Part shown: piece after piece, positions 34,010 to 46,849 of the stretch
Position numbering within the stretch: the stretch's first letter is position 1
Layout: each line of letters begins with the position of its first letter
Notes under the pieces: generated by a model
Told to the model about the DNA's origin: nothing
Database searches by the model: none
Seen by the model: the letters and a program-made list of their open reading frames with translations, nothing else
Position numbers and translations under genes: made by a program
Source: Hyphochytrium catenoides
Taxonomy: Eukaryota > Protista > Hyphochytriomycota
Assembly: GCA_900088475.1 (NCBI GenBank)
Contig: FLMG01000355.1
Location: forward strand, 124,001 to 188,000
DNA length: 64,000 nt
Direction: 5' to 3'

Positions 34010-34207
34010 GCACCTTCCGCCTTCTCGGTACCAACAGCCGCGCCAATAGCGCTACTTCCCTCACGCTGTGCTTTGAGAAAGGGACTTTATGCTGGCGTTA
34101 CTTAGCATTGGCTCCATGCACATGCACTTTGCGACTGTCCAGTGAATCTCTGGGATACTTCCTAGTGGTCGAGGCCTTCCTACATCAGCTCCTCCGATGG
34201 ATGCAGA

Positions 34208-34263
34208 CACAGCGTTGAGCGACAAAGGTGCATGTCACAGCGTTGAGCGACAAAGGTGCATGT
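34208..34263. repeat. 28-bp perfect tandem duplication upstream of the TPS uORF
   Basis: cacagcgttgagcgacaaaggtgcatgt x2, followed by a degenerate partial copy. Confidence 0.9.
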
Positions 34264-35927
34264 CAGACACAAAGGCGGCAAGAAGCTGCAGACAGTCTCT
34301 CATTGTACAGAGCCAGGGGAGGGGCATTATTGTATGTGCAGGTGAAAGGCTTCACTACTACTGTATTCACTATGTTAGTGGATCTCGTGAGGATTCGTGA
34401 TACGCTGACGGCCTCTCCTTAATAGACGTTCAATTTGGTGTCTGTATTCATTATTCTACCCCACAAAACCCCGCTATGTACACTGTACAATGTAATAAGG
34501 CAGGTCCTAAAAAAAGTGAGAGTAGCTAACGGATAGGTTCCTTTTCTGACCGTTACTGGTAAGCATCCTTCTTGATGATCGTACACGTAGATGGAAAAAG
34601 ACGAGGGCTGCGGCGGCAGAACAGACGACTGAAGAGCATGATGATGCTAGATGAAGGCTCTTATCTTCATCCACAGCAGTCCCAGATTCTGGTGTCTCTA
34701 AATCTACTCCACAGCGGTGAGTTTTTCATCGGCGGTCTAGAGCATTGTAGTTGTAGTCTATAATAGCGGCTGTTGGTTTCCTACCTGAGAAGATGTTATT
34801 ATATTTGTACCCCATATTTTTTGCAAAAGAGAACCTTCTCATGGCTTTCATCTAGTGTCATCCTCACCATCATGAAACCTTCTCAGCATTTTCAGTGTCG
34901 CAGCCATTAGAAGCAGATTCAAGAATAGGAAAGCCCACCGACGGTAATAAGTAGGATAATAGTAGTAGGAGGGGCTTCTTTCTTTTTTTAATCATAAATA
35001 AAGGAGAGGGTTTTCGTTGTCCTCTTGTTGTTTGGGTGGTGGTGGGACAACAACAACAACAAGCGCGCCGTAAAATACCCCGCACTGCGGGGCGGATCTC
35101 TCTTCATGCAGCAGACACGTAAGTGGAACTTCATAATAGATGAGATCCCATCATCAGACTTGTACTATAATATTTATTGGATTGTTTCCAACTCGTAGTG
35201 CTAACCATTAGGGAAAAATCTGGTGGAGGCTCAGTAGCGAGCGTCATAATGAGGGTGTCACTGCTATGATAGGAGGATCATCCTCATTCTTCTTCTTCTT
35301 TGTACTTTGTATCGAGCGATCACATCCATAGAGATACACAATGTTGGTTTTACATTCCCACACCTGAAAGGAGTCGCTAACGGTCATCGGACAGACACAA
35401 CTGTGGATACAACGGACTACTTCTGGTAGCATAAATCTCCAAAACTGGGCTGTGTTTGCCCCTCCTGGCGGTTCGGGAAGAGGGACGAAGAAAAGGATCT
35501 CCATCATCATCAGATCATCATCCAGCTTAGGTACCCTGCTATATCTGAATAGGAAGCAGTTCTAGTGGTGGTTGCCGCTATTATTGGTTTCTTGGGATAA
35601 AAGCTGTTGCTGCTACAAATAGGTCCCTGCTGCTGCTGCGCCTCCTCCCCCCAGGCAAACAACAGTCAACAGATCTTCATTTTCAGCGCACCCTTTGTAC
35701 AAAGGTATCTTTTCTGACCCATCATCCAGGAGATCCTCCTGCTGCTCCAATTTTCGTGCTACTGGCGTAGCGCAGTGAGTCTAGCCACAAGTGCAATAAC
35801 TTAGTCCAGTGACTCTTTATAGTTGTCAGCGTTGGCCTTGTGTCATCAGGGGCCCTGATCTGCGCGTGCTGCTTTGCACCACGGGGGGTTTTGCCTTGAG
35901 CTTTGTCTTGAGCCATAACGACAGAAG

Positions 35928-37018
35928 ATGACATCAACAGCGAATCCCGAATCGGCCATTCTACTACCTGGTGCTCCTTTGTGTGAGAAATCCAGCGGGT
36001 CTGAATACCAAAAGCACCTAGACGAGATTAGAGCAATTGGCAAAGTTGATCTCGGACCTTTGAAGTCTGTTATCTTCCCCTTATCTGAAATTGATAAAGT
36101 CAAGGTAAGCTAGACAAAAGTTAGAGAGTAATTGAACCCGAAGCCCGCGCCAGGAAAGCTCCAACAGCCAGTCGAGGACTTCCCATGCACCACCTATACC
36201 CTCGTAGGACTGACACCTGCTATGTCCTTTGTCCTTTCTCGGGTAATTGAAGGACGAGGAGCGCCTCAAAGGCTGGAAGATGAAAATTGTACACTACGTA
36301 CGGCACGGCGAAGCAATGCACAACCTCGCTGCCGCCACCTCCAAAACTCAACCTGCCTGTGGATGTAAACTATCTCCCCCAGGGCCCTGTGTCTATAAGG
36401 ATCCTGCTCTAACGGATCCAGCGTAAGTGCATCTTTCATGTCTTTGCTTAGCACTCGTTGTTGGCTCTGTGCATTCAAGAAAGTGTGGCCATCTCTCTCT
36501 TCGTTAGGTTGACCCCATTAGGCGAAGAGCAAGCTAGAAGTCATCAAGAGCACGCAAAAAACCTACGGGTGGATCTCGTGGCGGTCTCTCCGCTCAAAAG
36601 AACCTTGCAGACAGCAGCTCTTGCTTTTGCGGAAACGTTAGGAGGTAGCCGCCCTGCATTTATAGCCGTAGAGGAGTTACGAGAGCAACAAGGAGTGCAT
36701 CTCGGAGACAAGCGCCGGCCCACTTCTGAAGCAGCGAAAGAGTTCAATTACGTCGATTTCTCCCTGTGCCCAGCGGATGACGACAAGTGGTCTGATAATG
36801 TGCGAGAACCTCGTTTGGATATTGCTAAACGAGGATATCGCTATTTGCGTTGGGTACATGACCGCGAAGAAGCTAACATTGCAGTTGTGTCACATTCCAG
36901 TTTCCTTTTGACGCTATTCAATCTTTGCCTAGAGACAGATAATACTATGCTGAAGCAGTGGTTTGCTACTGGCGAGCTACGATCAGTTGTACAGTTCAGC
37001 AAGCTAAATGATATTTAA
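35928..37018 (+). CDS. Histidine phosphatase (phosphoglycerate mutase-like) superfamily protein, spliced
   Basis: KIVHYVRHGEAMHN (RHG motif, ~36280-36325); LTPLGEEQA; VSPLKRTLQTA; EELRE; IAVVSHSSFL (second His). Confidence 0.88.
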
Positions 37019-37295
37019 GCGGTATGGACCAACGACCAGAGCACGGTTGTCCACCTTTTTAGAAGTTTCTAAGCTAATCCTATGACTACTTATCAGCCAC
37101 TCCTAACATGTCAAGTCCTAAAGCTCTTAACGGCTACAGCCTAACTACGTTTGCATTGGACCACCTACTCTATATCAGATTTGAGCCTACTTTCCTGTGG
37201 CTTCGTCTAGCTACCGACTAACTACTTTATGGATACAAAGGACGCAGATGGCTATCTACACGGAGTGACTATGTCCCCTTTTTCTCGAGCACTCT

Positions 37296-37955
37296 TTAGT
37301 GCTGAGGCTGAGTGTTCTTTGTCTTTTTTTCCTCCTTCTTAGTAACCTGGCGATCAGCTGGTACCTTGCCCATCAAGCGATTGAAGCGGCTCAGAACTGC
37401 ATCAATGACTCTGTGGGTTGGGACCAGAACATAGACGTCAACCAAGTTGTTGACCTTGCCGTAGACAGCAGTGTAGGTAGCATAGAGCTTGGAAGCATAA
37501 GGCTGTGCGCGGTTCTGGATGTCCTTTCCTCTAGCTACTACGATAGCATACGATTGGGCCGTGGTCTCCTTGCCTTTTGCCACAACCTTGTCGACACCAG
37601 CTCTGGTTCCCTGGTAGACGTTTCCTGCAGTAGACGTAGCCTTGTTGACAGTGGCCGCAGCGGTATCTCTGGCAAAATAGACCGTCTTGACAGCGGTATC
37701 CTTGCCAAAGTACACCCAGCTCAAGGCATAGTTGTAGATGGAGTTTGCCTGCGCAGAGGCCGTATCCTTGACAGTGGTGGCAGCTTGACCAGCTGGCTGC
37801 ACGACTCTTTGGTTGACTGTGTCCCTAACGTTGCTGCTGATCTCGTACGCCTTATTGAGCTGAGGCTCAACAAGCGAGTACGCAGGCTTAATAGCTTTCT
37901 CATTCACCGTGGTAACGGTGTTCGTAACAATTTGTGGTACTTTGACTTCTACCAT
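37296..37955 (-). CDS. Amphipathic-helical, Ala/Thr/Val/Lys-rich protein, perilipin/LEA-like (putative lipid-droplet protein)
   Basis: Intronless ORF with strong codon bias. Repeats of about 11 residues (VYFGKDTAVKT/VYFARDTAAAT/...GVDKVVAKGKETT). Function is inferred. Confidence 0.7.
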   Translation of the reverse strand: MVEVKVPQIVTNTVTTVNEKAIKPAYSLVEPQLNKAYEISSNVRDTVNQRVVQPAGQAATTVKDTASAQANSIYNYALSWVYFGKDTAVKTVYFARDTAAATVNKATSTAGNVYQGTRAGVDKVVAKGKETTAQSYAIVVARGKDIQNRAQPYASKLYATYTAVYGKVNNLVDVYVLVPTHRVIDAVLSRFNRLMGKVPADRQVTKKEEKKTKNTQPQH

Positions 37956-40048
37956 GATTTGTGAATGGTCCAAGCTGGGATATCCTTCTGGCTCAAAGTT
38001 GTGTCAGGCGATAACGTCGCGCAAGTGAAGAGTTAGAGGTGGCTTCAGAGTTCTGAGGGAAAAGCGATTATGAGCAAAGCTTCTTCTGTTGGTGTCTCGT
38101 ACTTCTAGGAACTTGCTTCTCTCAGACACCAATTCTTACTGTAGAATCTTAGAGCGGATGGGAACGTGTTGCGTAACCCCTGAGGAATGTATGAGCCAGG
38201 CGGGTGGGAAGGTATTCTGTCTGTCGTTTTCTCCTGTTAAAATCTATACAAAACGTCTCGTCGCCTTGTTCCCTGTTCGCCGATCACCTCCAAGCTTTTC
38301 TGCTGTGGTCCTTTCCTCTTTCTTCACCGGTAAATTCTCCTGTTGTTTTCTATGCAGAATGTCGATCTGTAAAGCAACTAGAAGGATGACGAACAGAGCG
38401 AGGTGGTTTACTACAATATCCTGTCTGTCTTGCTCTTGTTTTTTTTTTTTGCTAACTGCAGTGCCAAGGTCGAGTGATCGTTGATTGCTAGTTCTCACAG
38501 CCATTCCTTCCTGTTTCCTCTTGCAGTTTCACATGGTTTACCCATCTATTGCTGTTTGAAAGGCGACTCATTGCTGCCATTTGCTCCAAATGTAGAGATG
38601 ACGACGTGGGAAGAACGCTAGAGGGCACCGAATCTCAATAGGAAATGACCGGGAGTGGGAAGTACGAGTAGGATATTATTGGTACTTTCCAAAAGAGTGA
38701 GGGAAAGAGAGACAGGAAAGGGGAAAGATGATGTCGTACTTTGTGCTCCTCCACAAGCCCGTATTCTGTCATTTCATGCGACTTGGGTTGGGATACCTTG
38801 ACGATATTGACTAAGTTAGTGTATGTGAGCTTCAGCCTTAGCATTAGACGTAGTGTTAAAAGACAAGAGTAATAAAGATACGACCTTTATAGGAATATGA
38901 CCCAATTGCCCTCACTCCCTAAAGTACAACTACAACACCGCACATGCAGTTCTCCATAGATATATACCTAGCCCAATTGACCCTCTTATGAAACTACAAG
39001 ACTCTGGCTTGTCATAACAATGGATTCCATAGGCTAGGAAGTCATAGGAATTGAATAGAAGATGACTGCTCTATGGACTGGCTGGCCATTGGTCTAAGAA
39101 GTTCTAGAAGATCCTCCGACCAAGCGTCACACATCAACTTCGTTTGGCCTTCGCTTAGCTAACCTGGTTATTATCCGTGTTAACCTCAACTGCCACCCTT
39201 TGTGGCTGATGAGTTCCTGGTGAGTGAAGTGATAGAGTGCGAGTGAGATGCTGGTGTCTCTTGATGGAAAGCTACGACTGTACATTGAAAGATCCAGCAC
39301 GATGATCAAATTGTAGGGAATGTTGAAAAGGTGCCTTTAGTTGTAGAAGTACTCGTACCCGAAACTATGCGCGTAGTAGACGCTCTGTTACATGAGTCTC
39401 GCAGTTGAAGTCAAGAATGGAATCTCTTCTGCTGTGCAGTACACTGAGCTGCCCACGAGGTGTTGGACTGTGGATTTCGAAGTTAGTTCTACTTCTGGAT
39501 CATTTGCAATGCAGGCGTCGCTCGTTCTTTGGTCGGCAGCTCCACCTGCTGCTGCAACTATTGCAATGTGTAGATGTACGCGGAGATGACGTGCAATAAA
39601 TAATGCCGTCCTGCGAGGACAAAGGCGTACTGTTTGCACAGCCTTGATGCGGGTGTTGTAGTTCCCCCACTCGTTGATGGCAGTAGAACTGAAGATCCTC
39701 CAGAGCTAGTTCTAGGAGATACTTCCGCTCCCTACAAGTAAAGGCCTTCACTTCCTTCCTCAAAAACAGCTGGGAACTACTTTTCGACAGTGGAAACTGT
39801 TGGTAAAAGCCCTTTCGTTAGTTGCCATTGTTCAGAAGAAATGTTCCTTTGCTTCCTTGAGAGACGAGCCGAGCCGACGAGACGTCATTATCTTCTTACA
39901 ACGAACCTCCTCGAGGGCATGGGCAGTGCGTTGCAAGCTCCACGTTGTTAGTCTCAAATGTTTTGTTACGAAAGGTATGTCGGAAGGGCGATTGAAACCA
40001 AAGAATACGTGACTGTAGCTTATCTGAAGCCTTCTTATTAAAAAGGAA

Positions 40049-40143
40049 GAGTTTGTGGTGCTCCCATGGTAGTTCCTTACTTATTGTCTGAAGTCTTTTT
40101 TGGAGAAAGAGTTGTGGTGTCCCCATGATAGTTCCTTACTTAT
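40049..40143. repeat. Imperfect direct repeat (~35 bp core, ~60 bp spacing)
   Basis: gagtttgtggtgctcccatggtagttccttacttat versus gagttgtggtgtccccatgatagttccttacttat. Confidence 0.8.
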
Positions 40144-40561
40144 AGGTCACTTCAGTTGAAGCGCGTGCTGCTGCTTTCCTCCCTTCTAATTTCTTCCGTG
40201 AGAGACCAGATCAGCGTTTCCCCCTACCTTGGACCATTAACGTGAACTTCCAGAACGAAAAAGAGGCAGTTACTACGAAGAGGACGATGTTATACTTTTA
40301 TACCCGGTCGCCCTCATCCCTTAACGGGCGCTCATGGTAGCCGCTGGTTAAGTATAGGTTCGGCAGTGAGGTAACGAGAAGATGACATTAGCAGGGAGGA
40401 TTGCGAAGGTACAACAGATGCATCCATAAAGGAGATAACACAACTTGCTAACATAAGCTTTGTGAGATAGAAAAAGTAAGCTTTGTTCATGAGGGTTCCA
40501 CTGACTGCACTGCGAAATTCGCTCAGAGGCGACATAATAGTGGCCCCTGCCATTCAATTTT

Positions 40562-41311
40562 TTACTTGGTAGGGCTCAGCGAAGGCTCAGGTTGAGATCT
40601 TGCTGGTTCAGCACCACCCTCCACAGGCTTCGTTTCAGCTAGAGACTGTGCGTCCGTAACTCCTTCCACAGACTTCGTACCTGCTCCAGATGTCTCCTGT
40701 TCCTTGTCCTGTTTCGGTTTGACCATCTCTTCATCTTCTGAGCCGTCCTTCCTCTGCTGGTTACTTTGGCTTCCTCCGCCAAAGAGATTCCTGGTGCTTC
40801 CAACGACATTGTCTCTCGTCTGTAAAACGTTAGACCGCACGGCAGCCCAAGAGGATTTCTCTTTCGCCTTCCCTACCACTGACCCAACGCCACTAGAGAT
40901 GGAGGATGCGAAGGATTCAATCTTGTCTAGTAGTGCGTCAGCGTGAACGGCGTCAGCCACTGTGTCAGCAAACCTCTCCGCTTCTGTTTGAATATAGCTG
41001 AGACCCGACTTCCCTTGCTCCTCCTTCGGTCGGACAGTCCCTGAGACGATGATGGATAAAGTTAAGATATCCTCGTCCGGTTTCTTTTTCGAGTTCATAT
41101 ACCGTAGGGCCTCTGTGAGGTCATCGTCACCCTTGACGGCAATTTTATCGCCATCACCGTCCACGTAGTGCAGTTGGAAGTCAGGCGCAAGGCAAAGAGT
41201 TTGATCCACTACTTCTCGAAGCCCCTGATACGTGACTTCTGCCTTGGAAACACTGATCCGTCGCAATTCGCCATTGAATGAGAGCTTTAGAGATACATTG
41301 GATAAGTCCAT
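40562..41311 (-). CDS. PB1-domain protein with low-complexity C-terminus, intronless
   Basis: LKLSFNGELRRI (basic Lys) and FQLHYVDGDGDKIAVKGDDDLTEAL (OPCA motif). First ATG at 41311. Confidence 0.85.
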   Translation of the reverse strand: MDLSNVSLKLSFNGELRRISVSKAEVTYQGLREVVDQTLCLAPDFQLHYVDGDGDKIAVKGDDDLTEALRYMNSKKKPDEDILTLSIIVSGTVRPKEEQGKSGLSYIQTEAERFADTVADAVHADALLDKIESFASSISSGVGSVVGKAKEKSSWAAVRSNVLQTRDNVVGSTRNLFGGGSQSNQQRKDGSEDEEMVKPKQDKEQETSGAGTKSVEGVTDAQSLAETKPVEGGAEPARSQPEPSLSPTK

Positions 41312-44300
41312 GGCTAGAAATGCGTTTCGCTTGAATTTTGGTTTGGGATGTAGCACGCCAATCAATGCAAGCAGTAGCCGGCGGTGCCACACAGTTACTA
41401 GCGGTTTCTGTCCTGGCTGTCGCCCGACGGCTCGCAGCTCCACTTCCTCCAGGGCTGGTATTGAGTCTGGCTGATTTCTCTTCTGCTGAGAGACGAGTGG
41501 GAGATGAGCAACTGAGCCTGAAGGTTATGTCAAAGAACGAGCGCAAACAGGTAATGATACAGGTTTGGCGGTCTGAGATGCATGGCACTTTGGTGCCGAC
41601 CTAGATACTAGGAAGATGTCACTTCTGAAGCTTCTTCAAGATTACCGATGAAAGCTTCGTGTAGGTTTCCGGAGTCATATTTTCTGCCCTGTACTAAAGG
41701 ATTTTTATAGAGCAACCAAAGAGGCGGAAGCTTTAATGCAGCCCAAGGTTTCAGAATTAGCCAACAGCAAGAGACGCTGGGTCAAAAGAGAGGTTACTAA
41801 GTGCTGCATAACATACCGCATTATGCGCCAATTTATGAAACGGAACTGTACTGATACGTTATATCTTATTTTGCAGTAGAAATTGTACCGGCAGCTACAA
41901 GGGCACCTACAGCAAGATATCTCCTTTCTATGGCGCCTGCCGACAATCTTTGGAGCGCGATCGACTTAGCGAAGATGTAGAAATTTCTTGATGATTTTTG
42001 GATGATTGTTCTTCTATCCTTTGAGCTACAAAGCAATCATCACTGTCAACCGATGATATCATGAAAGGCTTCTTCTTGTTTGCCTATGATAATGATGTCC
42101 CTAGGATCTCTCTTGAAGTGCGGGTGGCAAAGTCCGTGTTCATCAACAGCTAGGTCATGCTCAAAGGCTGTAGCACTTCTGCTGAATCAGGTAGTAACGC
42201 AGCAGCATAATGCTATGTTCGATCGTGGTCCTGACGGCTGCTTAGATGTTACATGTATGGACTCTTTGGCAAAGCTGCTCGTGACACAAAGGGCATCAAG
42301 TCAACAGCTATGGCTTGTTTCGCGGCTGGTGGTGAGGGAGAGCGAAAAGGGAGGGATGAAGTATCGGCTTTTCATTTCCATCACATATACACATTCTTCG
42401 TTGCTCCTTGCTCCCGCGGCGGCACTGAATGAGTGATCAGGAGGATCCATCACAGATGTGTATCCTCTACTTCCTGTTCAGCTATGCCTCTGATGCAAAA
42501 AGTTCGATTTCCAACGTGCAATAACGCCATAGTGGTAAGGCCCAGAAGGTCGCCTCTCGCATCACCTCTCCTTCTTTCACAAGAAGCCTCTATTACAATG
42601 TGTTGGCTCTTCGAAGGGAAGGCTCGCTCTTGTCTAGTAGGGAAGGCTAGATCGTCAAGAGGACAAACAAAAGGTTTGGTTTAAGGTAGGGCAGCACTGA
42701 AATTCCGTCGTTCTTTGCCTAATGGCTTAAGAGTATGTGAGCCTCTTCTGTTGGGGATAATTATAGACAAAATGCAGAGAGAGTCATTGAAAAACAAAAC
42801 TTCTTATCATTCTGATCACTTGCATTATCCTGCCTCCATACTACTGGTCCTGCTATATACATGCGGTTGGGAGAAGCGTAGTCCTCATGACCCTTCTTGA
42901 CTTCTCCTGGCACAAACTGCTGATGATAATACTTAGGGGCACGACCTTTCTCCTCTTTTCATTCTCACCCGACGTTTGGGTAGACGAATGAGGGGAGCCA
43001 ACAGGAGAGGTGTAGCTTAGAGCATCTCTTTTCCCTTCTAGTCTGCCGTAGTGGACTTACTACTTCAACAATTGCTTGTGCTAAAAAAGGAAGTAAGGGA
43101 AGAAGTATTATGTTTTAGAGTATAGACTGGTTGTTTGGGGATAAGACAACCTTCTTGTAGGGTCTTTCATGCGATGCTTAGATAGTGATGCATCGGCTAC
43201 CGACCGTTCTGGAACTGTTAATAGCTTGTTAAGCGGAACAGCAATATCGGGGACTCTGAACCATAACGTGAACAAGGGACTCCGAGGAGTGTCTCGCAAA
43301 AAAAGGCACTGTTGGCCTAGTACCTGCTGGCAGTGCTGGTATATTGCCAAAAGAGATAATTAGCTTTACCTTTGATGCATAGTAGAGAGCCTTTTGACTA
43401 TATGAAGCTCTAAAAGAACACATTCTGGACTACGTCTGCAAAGCCAACAGAGAAGTAGTGGTGGTTATCGGGCTTGACAGGCCCTTTATAACTTATTACT
43501 ACGCGCCTCCCAAGTTCTTGGTGTGGCCCTTCTCGGTCTTGCCGTATTGGTTGATAGAGAACATCTTGCTTCTGCCAGCCTGCCTACAGTAACCCCATGC
43601 GCTATCAGATATCAGAGCTCTACTAGTGGTCAGTTTCGTTTGTACTTGGTACAGCCAGAGCTGGCCGAGCGGGCTCAGGAACTACAATGCAAGACCTCTC
43701 TGTCGATTCATTCTTCTGATGTGCAATCATGGAGCTGATAATAAGAAGTTCAACACAGCAATGAAGCAATGAAGCCTGGACAAGACTTATTCAGTTGGAA
43801 CAATCAGTGTCATCAAGAGCAACGACAACAAGGGCCGTTGGACAACCATCAGACCATCAGCACCAGCAGAACATGGGACAACAGGATCACAGGATAATAA
43901 CGCAACAAAAGAAGACAGCAACAGAACTCACAGGAAGATTCGGCTCAGAACCTAGGTACAGTCAAAGTAATAATAAAAATACCCTTGCGTCTAAACTAGT
44001 GGTCTCGCGTACTATTACGTTCTTGACTAGGGAAGTCCAGCCATACTAACACAGATCACTAGTCATCCCAGGTAACACATTAACTATGGCTTGAGTCAAA
44101 CTCATACATAAGCTCCAAATTTTTGTCTTGGTCCACCATCTCCCCAGCTCTGATGATGACTCGGCCTTCTTCCACTTCTCCCTTCGTTTCCTTCAGCCTT
44201 CAGTCCTCGTCACCTCTCGCCTTAGTGGCTGGATGATCCGGCTTCTCGAGTACGGTTTCAGATGCCCAAAGAGTGGCAATTGCCGAGATGAAGAGTGGCA

Positions 44301-44723
44301 TCATGGTAGTTCTATAAAGATGGCAGAAGGGAAGGGAGGCGGGTTGTGGTGGATGACGTTATAAAGGGACTGCAGAGAGCGGGAGATGATGATGCATGAT
44401 AGAGGGCCAATTCGGACCAGAAGGGCATCCTTGTTTGCTGCAAGGGCTGATGAGCTCTGTCATAAGGATGACAAAGGATGTAATCGGTCTTTATTACTGA
44501 AGAAAAAGCACCACCCACTAGTTCCTAGCTTGCGAACAACTGTTATAAATCAGTCACTATTTATCCTTCTTCCAAGCTGAGCGCCGCACCAACCTCTGCT
44601 GCGCCAGCACGTGGGCTCTGATCCCTTCGCAACTTGGAGCTCAAGCAGCCATTGAGGTTTAATCAAGTGTTTTAGTGCGCTTCAAAGCGGTAACCACCAG
44701 CTACTTGCTTTTCAACAATCACA

Positions 44724-45443
44724 ATGGTTATCCAAGTCGTGTACGATGCCAAAGACAAGATTCAGAGCAAGGTGGTGGAGAATGCCACGCTGATCGTCGA
44801 CAAGATTGAAGAGTATGCTGACTACTATATGCCTCCAGACCGAGAGACCACCAACAATAGCCGGGAGGGTGGTTCAGATAGCCTGCAAGCGAGGCTTCTG
44901 GATGTCTCATGTAGGGCAAAGGACAAGGCCTTAGGCACCATCAGAACCACGTCCGTCAAGGATGTTGTTGATTTCTCCCGAGGCCTCGCTGTTACTACAA
45001 TCACCTATGCTGCGAGCTACCTCAGCGAATCGGCAACGGCAACCACCGAGAAAGTCGGAACTTCACTTAAGGAGACGAAGGACAAGATTGTTGCAACAGA
45101 GACCTATCTCATTGAAGTTGTCAATGGACAGATTGCTCACCCTATCCGTACGGCGGCCGCCACAGTGACTGAAAGCACGCAAGGTTATTCTGAGTGGGTT
45201 GTGCGTGCTGTCAATGACTTGGTAGATCAGACGAGCAAGAAACTTGAAGTACCGAAGGAAATGATTTCCGGTATGATGAATGTCTATTTGCTGGACCCTG
45301 CCGAAGAAGTAGCAAGTTATGCCAAGTCAACTTGGCAGAGCCTGCGCGGAGCAACCAGTCAAGAGAGCCTAATGACAGCATCAGCGGCGCCGGAGGAGAC
45401 GGAGAGTTCAAACGAAGTCTCTCCCGTACAGCTCTCAGGATAG
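44724..45443 (+). CDS. Helical protein with a perilipin-like motif (putative lipid-droplet protein), intronless
   Basis: IVDKIEEYADYYMPP resembles the perilipin ...EELVDHYLP motif. Amphipathic T/A/V/K-rich helices follow. Confidence 0.6.
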   Translation: MVIQVVYDAKDKIQSKVVENATLIVDKIEEYADYYMPPDRETTNNSREGGSDSLQARLLDVSCRAKDKALGTIRTTSVKDVVDFSRGLAVTTITYAASYLSESATATTEKVGTSLKETKDKIVATETYLIEVVNGQIAHPIRTAAATVTESTQGYSEWVVRAVNDLVDQTSKKLEVPKEMISGMMNVYLLDPAEEVASYAKSTWQSLRGATSQESLMTASAAPEETESSNEVSPVQLSG

Positions 45444-45675
45444 GTTATGCTCAGAATACCCCTTATGTTACTTAGAGTGAACCGCTATGCTATCACACTG
45501 TACATATATAGACATCCTGCTAGTATGCAGCCAATGCGCGCTTTGCCTAAAGGCTTCCTTTGCCCTAAAAGCCACCCTTCGCGTCTGCTTAGCAAGCGGC
45601 AGCTTATAGTCTCTCCCTTCGCTTCATGATCCCATCGTAGTACCATAGCTCTCTATCTGTTAGGGCTCGATCGTG

Positions 45676-46159
45676 TTAATTTGCTTTAGATCTCTTAGAG
45701 GTTTTGCTCTGGGGTCGCTTTTTGGTCGGGTGCTTCCTGCCTAATGCTGTCATCTGCGACTTGAAGACATTGCTCAACAGATTATGAAATTTTGCCTGCT
45801 CCTTTGCTGTCACCTGCATGGAGGGGCGTCAGATGTTGTTGCAGCTACTCGTACCTCTGTTCATCTAAATGAGGCTTACAATGGTGCTAATCTTTCTCTT
45901 CTTGCTACCATTTCCTAGAGTAGCTCTTGCGAGAAGGTGAGTCCGTGTAATGTCAGCAGGACTCGTTGATGGAGCTTTTCGTTTCAAATATTTGGCAGGA
46001 ACTAATGGACAGGACATGAGAAGGTTGTCATACTTCCAGTGGAAGGCACTTACCACTTTTCATGGTGAAATAGACAGCCTTGCCATTCTCCTCTTCCTTT
46101 GCCTTGACGTACAGCTTTGAAAGTTCGCTCAGGAACTGGTCGTGGTTGAGCTGAACCAT
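45676..46159 (-). CDS. SRP14: Signal recognition particle 14 kDa subunit (spliced)
   Basis: MVQLNHDQFLSELSKLY...VYFTMK; LLARATLGNGSKKRKISTIV; last exon TAKEQAKFHNLLSNVFKSQMTAL plus basic tail. Confidence 0.9.
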
Positions 46160-46849
46160 GCTTCTGTCCTTACTCAGGCCTATGCAAACAAAAGTCGAAA
46201 ATGGATTGGCCTTTGTCACGCCGTCTACCTCAGCTAGAAGATCACTAACCGATGACAGTGTACCTCTTTCTGAGATACCTTATGCCTGGACTGGTCTTCT
46301 TCCTGGATCTCGTGCTCTCTTCCCGTTATGTGCTGGTCTTCCACAGTCCTATTGCGGACGAGCACATCTCTGAAGCTTGCAGGAGACACAAACAGCGCTT
46401 CTCAAATGCAGGAAGTGAAGCGTGATTATAGAGAGAGATGGAGTTCTGACAAGATCGATGTTTGTCTGTCAAACCTCAGAAGGAAATGCAAGTAATAATG
46501 AAATATTTCCACCAGGTTATAAACATAAGTCAGTTTGAGGGAAAAAAGCTTTATAACATGAAACATACAAATGTTCGCAATGGGGCGTGGAAAGAATCAG
46601 CAAAGAAGACAAGCACCAAACGGCATTATTGTCGGCTGACGGCATTGTAAGACGATGATCAAGCTTCATCATTCATCAACATCTCTCCGCCTGCAGCCGC
46701 TGCACATACAAGGTTGCTGCCGGGAAGAGAACGAGTGTTCTCTCTGAGGAGGACGAGGGGTCAAAAGGCAGGACCACCTTCCAAAGAAGACGGCTCCTCT
46801 GCTGAATATTCAAATGATATTGTCAGCGAAAGGCTGAGTAGGGCCAGAC

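Noticed and set aside
37299-37964. 221-aa plus-strand ORF antisense to the perilipin-like gene
   Set aside because: Antisense shadow of a codon-biased gene; non-ATG start and no protein features.
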